A stretch of 64,000 bases of DNA from Synergistaceae bacterium. GTDB taxonomy: Bacteria; Synergistota; Synergistia; Synergistales; Aminiphilaceae. Below, one piece after another: positions 17,973 through 26,697 of the stretch. Where the stretch lies: positions 7,171 through 71,170 of the forward strand of contig DAIPKP010000002.1 in assembly GCA_036769705.1 (NCBI GenBank), in the 5' to 3' direction. The position numbers were made by a program, and so were the translations under genes. The notes below the pieces were generated by a model. The model did not search any database. It was not told the origin of the DNA and saw nothing but the letters and a program-made list of their open reading frames with translations. How positions within the stretch are numbered: the stretch's first letter is position 1; each line of letters starts with the position of its first letter.

Positions 17973-18635
17973 GTGCTTCTCATCGCCATAGACGGTCCCG
18001 CAGGCTCCGGAAAAAGCACTGTCGCGAGAAAAGTAGCACAAGTGCTTGGCCTTCCTTTTCTTGATACCGGGGCTATGTACAGGGCTGTGACATTTGCCTG
18101 TATGGAGAAAGAGATACGTGTCGAAGAGACGGAGAAAATCGAATTTCTTTTGAAGACTATGGATCTTGAACTCCGAAAGGAAGGAATTTTCCTTTCAGGA
18201 AAGGATATTTCCAAAGAAATTCGTTTCCCCGAGGTGTCTCAGAAAGTTTCTCTTTACGCTTCGCTTCCCATAGTGCGGAAATATTTGGTGATCCTTCAGC
18301 GTAAACAAGCTCAGGAACCGGGGCTTGTAACTGAGGGACGGGATATGGGGACCGTAGTTTTCCCCGAAGCGCGTTTTAAATTTTTCCTCTGGGCTGATCC
18401 TAAGGAAAGAGCTCGAAGGCGGTTTCAGGAATTGCAAGAAAAAGGATCCATACCCTCTCTTTCGTATGAGGAGGTTCTTCGGAATATTCTTGAGCGGGAT
18501 TCTTTGGATATCAATAGAAAAGAATCGCCACTCCGGAAAGCGGATGATGCTGTAGAAGTGGATACTACAAACCTTTCCATAAATGAGGTAGTAGAGTGTT
18601 TACTTTGTCGTATCTCTTCTTTTCGAGAGAAATAA
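17973..18635 (+). CDS. cmk: Cytidylate kinase
   Basis: IAIDGPAGSGKSTVARKVA, LDTGAMYRA and EGRDMGTVVFP. GTG start. Confidence 0.9.
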   Translation: MLLIAIDGPAGSGKSTVARKVAQVLGLPFLDTGAMYRAVTFACMEKEIRVEETEKIEFLLKTMDLELRKEGIFLSGKDISKEIRFPEVSQKVSLYASLPIVRKYLVILQRKQAQEPGLVTEGRDMGTVVFPEARFKFFLWADPKERARRRFQELQEKGSIPSLSYEEVLRNILERDSLDINRKESPLRKADDAVEVDTTNLSINEVVECLLCRISSFREK

Positions 18636-18662
18636 CCCGATTTTTATGCGGGGAGAATCTTT

Positions 18663-19793
18663 GTGAAAAAATCTCATTCTCTTGAGGGTGCGACAATTCA
18701 AAAGGGAGTTGTCGCATTTGCTGTGCTTGATAAAACTGAAGATTCCGAAGCTCTTGTAAATCGGCAAATTCGGGAACTTCAAAATCTTTTGCAGAGCCTG
18801 GGATATACTTTGCTTCATTTTTTCGTTCAACATCGTCACACTCCGGATCCAAAGTATTACGTGGGACAGGGTAAAATCGTTGAAATCCAGCAGGCCATGG
18901 ATTTCCTGGAGGCGTCCATAGCCGTGGTGGATGGTTTTTTAACCCCCCGGCAACGCCATGCTTTGGAATCTTTTCTCCATAAAACCGTGTGGGATAGGTC
19001 GGAAATTATTCTTCGGATTTTTGAGGCCCGGGCTTTTACAAAAGAAGCCAAACTTCAAATCGCTCTTGCCCGGTATCGACGTGAAATTCCTTACCTTAAA
19101 GGATTGGGGCATCAGATGTCTCGCCTTGCGGGAGGAATAGGAACCCGAGGGCCCGGAGAGACGGAATATGCAAGGCATCGACGTAAATTAGATAGAAATA
19201 TCCGCAATATCGAAAAAAAACTCCAGGGAATTCATAAACAGCGAGAGCATCGGCGCCAAAGGCGGTTTAAAAATCATATTCCTCTGGCGGCTCTTGTAGG
19301 GTATACGAACAGCGGCAAAACAACGCTCTTGGGAAAGCTTGCGCAAAAAGGCGATGCCGCCGGATCCGATAAGCTGTTTGCAACTCTGGATACTGCGGTG
19401 AGAAAGGCCTCTTTCCCGGGAGGAGGCACCTTCCTTCTTTCGGATACTGTAGGCTTTATACGCAACCTGCCCCCGGAGTTGATAACCTCCTTTCACGCTA
19501 CTCTTGAAGAAATATCCTCTTCTCAAATTCTTTTGCTTGTCCTGGATGGATCGAGTCCTTCTTTTGAAGAGGATTACCGGATTGTCCGAAAAACGCTTTG
19601 TGACATTCAGGCTTGGAGTTTGCCGCGAGTATGTCTGATTAACAAAATTGATCTTATCTCCGAGGAGCTTCGGGAGCATCAGGGCTCGTTTCTTGCCAGG
19701 GAAGAGGAATCCGTATTTTTTGTGAGCGGCCAATCTGGAGAAGGTCTTCCTTTTCTTCTCGGCTACTTGGAGCGTTTTTTTAAAAAGGAATGA
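18663..19793 (+). CDS. hflX: GTPase HflX
   Basis: HflX N-domain (QIALARYRREIPYLKG), G1 LVGYTNSGKTTLL, DTVGF and NKIDL. Confidence 0.9.
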   Translation: MKKSHSLEGATIQKGVVAFAVLDKTEDSEALVNRQIRELQNLLQSLGYTLLHFFVQHRHTPDPKYYVGQGKIVEIQQAMDFLEASIAVVDGFLTPRQRHALESFLHKTVWDRSEIILRIFEARAFTKEAKLQIALARYRREIPYLKGLGHQMSRLAGGIGTRGPGETEYARHRRKLDRNIRNIEKKLQGIHKQREHRRQRRFKNHIPLAALVGYTNSGKTTLLGKLAQKGDAAGSDKLFATLDTAVRKASFPGGGTFLLSDTVGFIRNLPPELITSFHATLEEISSSQILLLVLDGSSPSFEEDYRIVRKTLCDIQAWSLPRVCLINKIDLISEELREHQGSFLAREEESVFFVSGQSGEGLPFLLGYLERFFKKE

Positions 19794-19797
19794 TTTG

Positions 19798-20688
19798 ATG
19801 AAAAGTATGACCGGTTATGGACGCAGTCAAAAGCAAACATCCTGGGGATCCTTGGAATGTACTCTTTCGAGTGTCAATCATCGGTATCAGGACATTTCGG
19901 TCCGGGTGCCCAGAGATCTCTCTTATATGGAACAGGAAATTCAAAATAGGCTTCGCAAAAAAAGTTTTCGCGGTAAAATGCAAGTCCGGGTTTCTTTCTC
20001 CTGGAGTTCCGAACAACGAGTTGTTCCGATTTCTGAAGATGTGTTAGGGGAATACTTCCGTAAAATCCAGGAAATACAGAAGAAGTATCATATTATTGAG
20101 GATGTTCGTATTGATTCTCTCCTTCAGCTTCCTGGAGTGCTTAACCAGGACGACCTCCTCGACGAAGAACTTGCGGAAGAGCTCAAGGAATATGTTTTTC
20201 GAGAGCTGGAACAAGCTTTTCTTTCTTGGGATACCATGCGTTCTACCGAGGGAGAGCATCTTCACGAGGATATGAGGCGAAATCTTCTCGAAGCTGAAGA
20301 ATTTCTCTGCCATATTGAAGAGCGTTGGAATATTCTTCGAAAAGAATTGGTTCCTCTTTTGCGAGATAAGTTAAAAAACTTTGTTGAAGAAGCCCTTCCA
20401 GAAGCTTCTTTCGAGGAAAACCGTATTCTTCAGGAAGCTGCGATTCTTGCGGAAAAACAAGATATTGCTGAAGAGATTTGCCGTTTCCGCAGCCACATGG
20501 AAAAACTCGAGCGAGCCATGAAAGAAGATGGCTTTATCGGGAGAAAAGTCGAGTTTCTGCTGCAAGAAGTTAATCGAGAAGTCAACACTATAGGCTCGAA
20601 ATCCAATGATGAAAATATACGGTGGTACGTAGTTGAAATTAAGGCGAGGCTGGAACGTATTCGAGAACAAATACAGAATGTGGAGTGA
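19798..20688 (+). CDS. yicC: YicC family stress-induced protein
   Basis: N-terminus [10 protein letters not shown] and C-terminus [15 protein letters not shown]. Synteny yicC-remA-gmk-rpoZ. Confidence 0.85.
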   Translation: MKSMTGYGRSQKQTSWGSLECTLSSVNHRYQDISVRVPRDLSYMEQEIQNRLRKKSFRGKMQVRVSFSWSSEQRVVPISEDVLGEYFRKIQEIQKKYHIIEDVRIDSLLQLPGVLNQDDLLDEELAEELKEYVFRELEQAFLSWDTMRSTEGEHLHEDMRRNLLEAEEFLCHIEERWNILRKELVPLLRDKLKNFVEEALPEASFEENRILQEAAILAEKQDIAEEICRFRSHMEKLERAMKEDGFIGRKVEFLLQEVNREVNTIGSKSNDENIRWYVVEIKARLERIREQIQNVE

Positions 20689-20969
20689 TGAAAATGAATT
20701 CCCGGCTCTTGCACATCGGTTTTGGAAATATGGTGGTACGGGACAGGGTCATTTCCATTATTTGTCCTTCTTCGGCTCCTATAAAACGATTAAAAGAAGA
20801 AGCCCGGCAGGAGGGACTCCTTATTGATGCTACTCAGGGAAGAAAAACCCGATCTGTATTGATTACCGATAGTAAGCATGTCATACTCTCCGCATTGCAA
20901 CCGGAGACGCTGGCCCACCGTTATGACGAGGAAGGAGCGTTAACGGCTCAGCATGAAGAACGCACGTAA
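20688..20969 (+). CDS. remA: RemA/DUF370 family regulator
   Basis: [66 protein letters not shown] aligns well with Bacillus RemA as I remember it. ATG 20694 is an alternative start. Confidence 0.85.
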   Translation: MKMNSRLLHIGFGNMVVRDRVISIICPSSAPIKRLKEEARQEGLLIDATQGRKTRSVLITDSKHVILSALQPETLAHRYDEEGALTAQHEERT

Positions 20970-21531
20970 GGGAATCCTTTTCGTTCTTTCCGGCCCTAGC
21001 GGTGCAGGAAAAGGAACGTTGCGAAAAATACTTTTCGAAAAAGTTCCGGACCTGCATTATTCTATTTCTTGGACTACTAGAACTCCCCGGAAGAAAGAAG
21101 TCCCCGATAAGGATTATGTTTTTGTGGAAGACGAAGTTTTTCGGGAACTTGTGGAACAGGGGGGTTTTCTTGAATGGGCTTTTGTTCACGGGCATTATTA
21201 TGGAACCCCGAAAAAAGAGGTCGAGCGAAAACTTCTCGAGGGAAAGGACATGGTTCTGGAAATTGACGTTCAGGGCGCTTCCTCCATAAAGAAAAGCTAT
21301 CCTGAAGCAGTTTTGATATTTATCATGCCCCCTTCCCGGGAAGAACTCTTGGAACGCCTCTCAAAGAGAGAAAGCGAGACATCTCAGGAAATTTCCTTGC
21401 GTATCCATAATGCGGAGCAGGAAATTGCACACTCCGGGGAATATGACTACTGTATTGTAAATAAAGAGGTGGATAAAGCCGCAGAAGAGCTCGTGGCTCT
21501 CGTATCTTCCTTGAGAAAGCAGAAAGGATAG
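20953..21531 (+). CDS. gmk: Guanylate kinase
   Basis: [24 protein letters not shown] and YYGT. Confidence 0.92.
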   Translation: MKNARKGILFVLSGPSGAGKGTLRKILFEKVPDLHYSISWTTRTPRKKEVPDKDYVFVEDEVFRELVEQGGFLEWAFVHGHYYGTPKKEVERKLLEGKDMVLEIDVQGASSIKKSYPEAVLIFIMPPSREELLERLSKRESETSQEISLRIHNAEQEIAHSGEYDYCIVNKEVDKAAEELVALVSSLRKQKG

Positions 21532-21538
21532 ATCTGTC

Positions 21539-21751
21539 ATGATTTTCTTTGATTACGAAAAAGTTTTTTTTCATGAAAACAGTATCGAAAATAAATATGC
21601 TCTCACATCGGTTATCGCCCAAAGGGCTCGGCAGATAAGCGAGCAAACAGGGCAGGGAGTTTTCGACGGAGCGGAAAAAGCAATTTCCCTGGCTACCCGG
21701 GAGCTAGTTGAGGGTAAGCTAAGAATTTACCTTCCCGAAGAAAAACTTTAA
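21539..21751 (+). CDS. rpoZ: DNA-directed RNA polymerase subunit omega
   Basis: 70 aa. NKYALTSVIAQRARQI. Position between gmk and coaBC. Confidence 0.8.
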   Translation: MIFFDYEKVFFHENSIENKYALTSVIAQRARQISEQTGQGVFDGAEKAISLATRELVEGKLRIYLPEEKL

Positions 21752-21774
21752 CCCTTTTTTCCGGCTATTTCGCT

Positions 21775-22986
21775 ATGTGTTCTTGGAAAAAGGGGAAACG
21801 CATTCTTTTTTGTATCACTGGAGGAATTGCGGCCTATAAGATGCCTGAGGTAGTTCACGCTCTTGTAAAGGAAGGAAACTCTGTGCGGGTTCTCCTTACG
21901 AAGGCTGCGGAAAAATTTGTGACTCCTTTTTTATTTGCCACTCTTACGGGAGAGCAGGTTTTTCGGGAGGAGGATTTCCTGAACGATATCACGGGCCCCT
22001 CTATACCTCATATCTCTCTTGCGGCGTGGGCAGATCTCCTTGTGGTAGCTCCCTGTACGGCAAATTCGCTTAAAATTATCGCTCGAGGAGAATCTCATGT
22101 TTTGTTAGGAGCTTTGTTTTTGGCCTCTCCTCAAAGAGGTCTCCTTTTCCCTTCCATGAATACACACATGTGGGAGCATCCTCAAACATTTCTCTCCGCC
22201 TTGGAATGTGTGAAACTCGGACATAAAGTGGTAGAGCCAGCCGAGGGACCTTTGGCGTGTGGAACTGTCGGCAAAGGGAGAATGCAGGACAATTCTCATG
22301 TTTTAGAGGAGATATGGCGTGCTCTCTCTCCGGTAAAAGATTTTGTCGGGAAGAAAGTGCTTGTTACCGCAGGACCTACATGGGAATACCTTGATCCAGT
22401 ACGCTTTTTAAGCAATCCCAGCTCTGGTAGGATGGGATATGCTTTGGCCCGGGAAGCTTGGTATCGCGGAGCGGAAGTAACTCTTCTTTCGGGGCCTGTA
22501 TGCGAAGGCAACCCCTATGGTTTGCGTCATATCTCTGTCGTTAGCGCCGAGGAGATGAGGGTGCAGATGCAGTCTCTCCGTGAAGAATACGACATCCTTT
22601 TTATGGCTGCTGCAGTGGGAGATTATCGTTTTCAGGAAAAACTTCTTCATAAAATAAAAAGAGGGAACCGGGATGTTTTAGAGCTTTCTTTGGTGCGAAA
22701 TCCGGATCTTCTTGCTGAAGCGGGAGCTCAAAAAAAAGAAGACCAGGTTCTCGTGGGATTTGCTGCAGAAACTGAGGAGCTTTTTAAAAATGCCCGGCAA
22801 AAATTGCTTGAGAAAAAGCTGGATTATATTGTGGCGAATGTTGTGGGAGGACCTGAAAGTGCTTTTGGATCTTCCCGTAATTCCGTTACTGTCATTGACG
22901 GAGCTGGGAGAGAATATCCCTTTGCGGGAACGAAGGCTTTTGTAGCTACCTCCATACTTGACCTTCTTGCATCTCAGCGAAGTTAG
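21775..22986 (+). CDS. coaBC: Bifunctional phosphopantothenoylcysteine decarboxylase / phosphopantothenate--cysteine ligase
   Basis: ILFCITGGIAAYK, APCTANSL, VTAGPTWEYLDPVRFLSNPSSGRMG and AAAVGDYR. Confidence 0.9.
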   Translation: MCSWKKGKRILFCITGGIAAYKMPEVVHALVKEGNSVRVLLTKAAEKFVTPFLFATLTGEQVFREEDFLNDITGPSIPHISLAAWADLLVVAPCTANSLKIIARGESHVLLGALFLASPQRGLLFPSMNTHMWEHPQTFLSALECVKLGHKVVEPAEGPLACGTVGKGRMQDNSHVLEEIWRALSPVKDFVGKKVLVTAGPTWEYLDPVRFLSNPSSGRMGYALAREAWYRGAEVTLLSGPVCEGNPYGLRHISVVSAEEMRVQMQSLREEYDILFMAAAVGDYRFQEKLLHKIKRGNRDVLELSLVRNPDLLAEAGAQKKEDQVLVGFAAETEELFKNARQKLLEKKLDYIVANVVGGPESAFGSSRNSVTVIDGAGREYPFAGTKAFVATSILDLLASQRS

Positions 22987-23001
22987 ACAAAGGCTTTATT
23001 G

Positions 23002-24855
23002 ATGAATTATATTTCGATTCTTATTCCGGGGCCTTGGTGGACTCCTCTAACCTATGCATATAGCGGATTATCCTCCTCGCTTCCTCTTCCGGGATCCAGA
23101 ATAGAAGTGCCTTTTGGGAAAACACATCGGATAGGTTTTTATCTTTCCCGGGAGAAAAGCTTCTCTCAAGGCGGTGTTTCAAGAACCTTTCCCGTTCGTG
23201 AAATTGGGAAAATTCTTGAGATGGAGCCTCCCATGGGAAGAGAATTATGGGAACTTGCTCTTTGGATATCCAAACGCTATCTTTGTTCTCCGGGAATTGC
23301 CCTCAAAACGGTTCTTCCCGGAGAACTTTTACAGGGAAGTTCTGTTTGCCCTCCTTCCTCCACTACGCCCCTAAAAGAAGGGGCCCCCGTTTTCAACTGT
23401 ATTTATGATGGAATAGACGCTGTTCGCCATCGTATTTATGCGGACATTTTGGGAAAAAAAACCTCTTCCCGGGGACTTTTTATTTTTCCTGAGATTGAAC
23501 AGGCCCGGGCTTTTTGGACGCTTCTTCAAGAAAAAGAACTTTGTGAAAAAGGGGCCCTCTGGGATATTTCGGGAAACAGAAAAAGAGAGACTCAGTTTCT
23601 TCTTTGGAAGGATATTCAACAAAAAAAGATCTCTTTTCTCGTTGGCTCCTTGGGAGCCATTTTTGCGCCTTTTGATAAACTGGATTTTATCGTTATCGAT
23701 CAGGAGGAAAGTGGTGCTTATGAAAATAGGAAAACCCCTTTCTTTCACGCTCGATCCGTTCTCGCCAAAAGAGGGCATTTTTTTTCCAGTCATGTCTATT
23801 TTGGAGGAAGAGTTCCTTCATCCAGAGTTTTTCTGAATCTTAAACCGGTTTTTCGAGACCCCTCACCGGTTTCCTTTTCTTTTGTGCACCTTTCGAGAGC
23901 TCTTCCACTTGCTTTGGAGGGAACGGAAAAGGAAATTCCCCTTTCAAAAAAACTTTTTGAAAAAAGCGTGGAGCTTCAGCAGAAAAAGGAAAAGGTCCTC
24001 TGGATTTTCGATAGATCTGATGAGAATCGCGAGCTTTTTTGTATCGATTGCGGTTATGTTTTTACCTGTCCCTATTGCGGAGGAACCTGGGAGCTCACAA
24101 AATCCGGAGAATCCCGGTGTACTCGTTGCGGAAGCCCGCAAGTCGCTCCTGTGCAATGCCCCCAGTGTAAGGGAGAAATACTTTCATACCGGGGAGCTGG
24201 ATTGCGGACGCTTCACACAAAACTCTCCTCCTTTCTCGGTCAGGGCGTATCGTGTTATCTTTTCGATCGAAAGAAGAAAAATGGAGGAGTCCCTCTTCGT
24301 GAACTCGTCTCTTCAGGGGGAATAATTCTCGGTACAAGAAAAGCACTTTCCCTTTGTGATATCCTCCCAATTTCTTTTATCGCATGGCTTGATGCGGATG
24401 CGGAAGCTCGCAGATCCAATTACAACTCTCAGGAAAAAGCCTTTCGCATGGTATGGGAATCCTGTTGGCGGGGAGTGGATAAGGTATCTTCGAGAACAAT
24501 CCTTCTCCAGAGCAGAAATCCTCGGAGAGAATGGCAGCAAGCTTTGGAGAAAGGATGGGCGTATTTTTGGAAAGAAGAGCTTGAAAAACGAAAAGCTTTT
24601 TCTTTCCCTCCTTATGGAACGCTTGTAGAGGTGTCCGCAAATTTAGGCATATTGAATTCTTTAAAGGAGGAACTCGAAAAAGAAGATGTAGCTTTTGCCT
24701 CTTTAGCGGCGACCCAGGAGGAGGAACAGGAAACGCTCTGGGTTAAATGTAGCAATACTGCTCCGGTTTATCGGGCAGTGCGATCGGTTTTCGATATCCG
24801 AAATCCTCTCGCCAAAAAACGGAAAAATAGTGTTATCCGTATTTGGAGAGATTAA
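23002..24855 (+). CDS. priA: Primosomal protein N' (PriA) homologue with degenerate helicase motifs
   Basis: N-terminal 3'-DNA-binding-like region, PEIEQA, IVIDQEESGAY (versus canonical DEEH), and a Cys-rich Zn module CIDCGYVFTCPYCGG...CTRCGS...CPQCKG. No GxGKT P-loop is seen. Synteny coaBC-priA. Confidence 0.75.
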   Translation: MNYISILIPGPWWTPLTYAYSGLSSSLPLPGSRIEVPFGKTHRIGFYLSREKSFSQGGVSRTFPVREIGKILEMEPPMGRELWELALWISKRYLCSPGIALKTVLPGELLQGSSVCPPSSTTPLKEGAPVFNCIYDGIDAVRHRIYADILGKKTSSRGLFIFPEIEQARAFWTLLQEKELCEKGALWDISGNRKRETQFLLWKDIQQKKISFLVGSLGAIFAPFDKLDFIVIDQEESGAYENRKTPFFHARSVLAKRGHFFSSHVYFGGRVPSSRVFLNLKPVFRDPSPVSFSFVHLSRALPLALEGTEKEIPLSKKLFEKSVELQQKKEKVLWIFDRSDENRELFCIDCGYVFTCPYCGGTWELTKSGESRCTRCGSPQVAPVQCPQCKGEILSYRGAGLRTLHTKLSSFLGQGVSCYLFDRKKKNGGVPLRELVSSGGIILGTRKALSLCDILPISFIAWLDADAEARRSNYNSQEKAFRMVWESCWRGVDKVSSRTILLQSRNPRREWQQALEKGWAYFWKEELEKRKAFSFPPYGTLVEVSANLGILNSLKEELEKEDVAFASLAATQEEEQETLWVKCSNTAPVYRAVRSVFDIRNPLAKKRKNSVIRIWRD

Positions 24856-24901
24856 GAGATATTTATTTTCATATAATATGTGAACGGAAAGGAATAGTGT
24901 T

Positions 24902-26227
24902 ATGGCTGTAATTTCCATTATAGGAAGACCCAATGTGGGAAAATCCTCTCTTTTCAATCGTTTTGTAGGAAAAAGGCACGCTATCGTGGATGATGTCCCT
25001 GGAATAACCCGAGACCGGCTTTATGCGGAGGTTGTCCACAAAGAAGAATCCTTCTACATGGTTGATACTGGCGGGATTCTGGGAGAACAGAGCAAGAATT
25101 ATGATGTGCAAATACGGAAACAGGCAGAAATCGCAATTGAAGAAAGTGATTTGGTTCTTTTTCTTGTGGATGCTCAGACAGGTCTTATGCCAACAGATCA
25201 TGACATTGCCTTGCTTGCAAGAAAAAGCCATAAGCCAGTAGTTTTAGTAATTAATAAAGCAGATTCTCCTTATTATCAGGGGGAATCTCAGTTTGCCTCT
25301 TTGGGGTTTGAACAGATTCTTCCAGTAAGCGCTGTGCATAACAAAAATATTGAGGAACTACTTGACATAATTTCCCAAATTCTGGAAAACTGCAAAGGAG
25401 AAAAGCTTAAAGAGCTTTCTCGGGATCCTTCAATACTTTCAGTTGCCCTCGTAGGACGCCCCAACGTGGGGAAGTCGAGTATCTTTAACCATTTTGTCGG
25501 ACAGGAACGTTCTCTAGTGAGTTCCGTTCCCGGAACTACCAGGGATAGCATCGACACCTTGGTGGAAACCCCTTCAGGGCTTTTACGTATCATTGATACC
25601 GCAGGTCTCCGAAAAAAATCAAGGATCTCTTCCGCTGTGGAATATTATTCTATGGTACGTAGTTATAATGCTATTGACCGTTGCGATGTGGCAATACTTG
25701 TTATGGATGGAGAAGAACCGGCTACGGAAAACGAGAAAAAAATATGTGGCCATGTAGCAAAGAAAGGAAAAGGGCTTGTTTTTGCAGTAAATAAATGGGA
25801 TCTTGCGCCTAGGGATCCTAAAGTGGGAGATAATATGCGGAAATATCTGAAGCAGGCCTTTGTGTTTTTTCAACATGCTCCCATGATTTTTGTTTCCGCA
25901 AAAACAGGACGTAATATGCCGGATCTTTCGAAGGCGATTTTTCAGATTCATGAAAACCGGAAAGCCCGAATTTCTACTTCCAAACTGAATGTACTTCTCC
26001 GGGAACTCATGGCTTTTGAGCGTATGCCAAGCAACGGACAGGGACGTTTTTTGAAACTTTACTACTGTACTCAGGCGGAAACAGCTCCTCCGTTCTTTCT
26101 TTTTGTGGTTAACGATAAAGATATCGTTACCAAGCAATTTGAACGGCATGTAGAAAAAAAATTGCGTTCTTTGGAGAATTATTCCGGAGTCCCTATTAGA
26201 ATAAAATGGAAAAATCGTTCGGATTAG
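24902..26227 (+). CDS. der: Ribosome-associated GTPase Der (EngA), tandem GTPase domains plus KH-like C-domain
   Basis: Two G1 motifs (IIGRPNVGKSSLFN and LVGRPNVGKSSIFN), DTGG/DTAG, and NKAD/NKWD. Confidence 0.92.
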   Translation: MAVISIIGRPNVGKSSLFNRFVGKRHAIVDDVPGITRDRLYAEVVHKEESFYMVDTGGILGEQSKNYDVQIRKQAEIAIEESDLVLFLVDAQTGLMPTDHDIALLARKSHKPVVLVINKADSPYYQGESQFASLGFEQILPVSAVHNKNIEELLDIISQILENCKGEKLKELSRDPSILSVALVGRPNVGKSSIFNHFVGQERSLVSSVPGTTRDSIDTLVETPSGLLRIIDTAGLRKKSRISSAVEYYSMVRSYNAIDRCDVAILVMDGEEPATENEKKICGHVAKKGKGLVFAVNKWDLAPRDPKVGDNMRKYLKQAFVFFQHAPMIFVSAKTGRNMPDLSKAIFQIHENRKARISTSKLNVLLRELMAFERMPSNGQGRFLKLYYCTQAETAPPFFLFVVNDKDIVTKQFERHVEKKLRSLENYSGVPIRIKWKNRSD

Positions 26228-26239
26228 TGGGAAAAACTC

Positions 26240-26268
26240 TTGACCTTCCTAACAAAAGCTGTAATAAT
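26240..26268 (+). promoter_or_regulatory. Sigma-70-type promoter for hup
   Basis: TTGACC (26240-26245), 16-nt spacer, then TAATAAT (26262-26268) preceded by TG. Confidence 0.55.
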
Positions 26269-26335
26269 GAATCAAAGGGCGACTTCAGCCCTGATATCAT
26301 AGGGTTTTGTCCCAAATCTTTAGGAGGTGTTTCGT

Positions 26336-26614
26336 GTGACCAAAAGTGATTTGGTAAATGAAGTTGCCAAAACGACCGGTAGCAGTAAGAAAGATGCCAG
26401 TGAGTGCGTAGACGCAGTTTTCTCTGCCATCGAACAGGCTCTTTCCCGGGGCGATAAGGTGCAGCTTGTAGGTTTCGGAACCTTTGAGGTTCGGAATCGG
26501 GCACCGCGTCAGGGACGTAATCCCCAAGATCCCAAGAAAGTCATTAAGATCCCTGCGAAAAAGGTTCCTGTTTTCAGGCCTGGTAAGGTTCTGAAAGAAA
26601 TGGTGGATAAATAG
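26336..26614 (+). CDS. hup: DNA-binding protein HU
   Basis: TKSDLVNEVAK, VQLVGFGTFEVRNRAPRQGRNPQ and PAKKVPVFRPGK. AGGAGG lies 8 nt before GTG 26336. Confidence 0.92.
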   Translation: MTKSDLVNEVAKTTGSSKKDASECVDAVFSAIEQALSRGDKVQLVGFGTFEVRNRAPRQGRNPQDPKKVIKIPAKKVPVFRPGKVLKEMVDK

Positions 26615-26651
26615 TTTTTTTGATTTACAGGTCAACAATAGAGGTAGTAAC

Positions 26652-26682
26652 AAGAAGGCGGCGATGGCCGTCTTTTTGTTTT
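26652..26682 (+). terminator. Putative terminator after hup (between convergent genes)
   Basis: AAGAAGGC / GCCGTCTT stem with one mismatch, 7-nt loop, running into TCTTTTTGTTTT. Confidence 0.5.
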
Positions 26683-26697
26683 CCCCGAACCAGGATT

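Noticed and set aside
17435-18214. 259-aa minus-strand ORF. Similar long antisense ORFs occur at 30522..31229, 59237..59956, 53930..54601, 3888..4511, 6175..6771, 49663..50220 and 63121..63924
   Set aside because: All are antisense to confidently identified genes (HDOD/cmk, ruvA, glpX, ricT, mutS2, lepA, prfB, lon-like). None has an SD-linked start or family signatures. I treat them as shadow ORFs.
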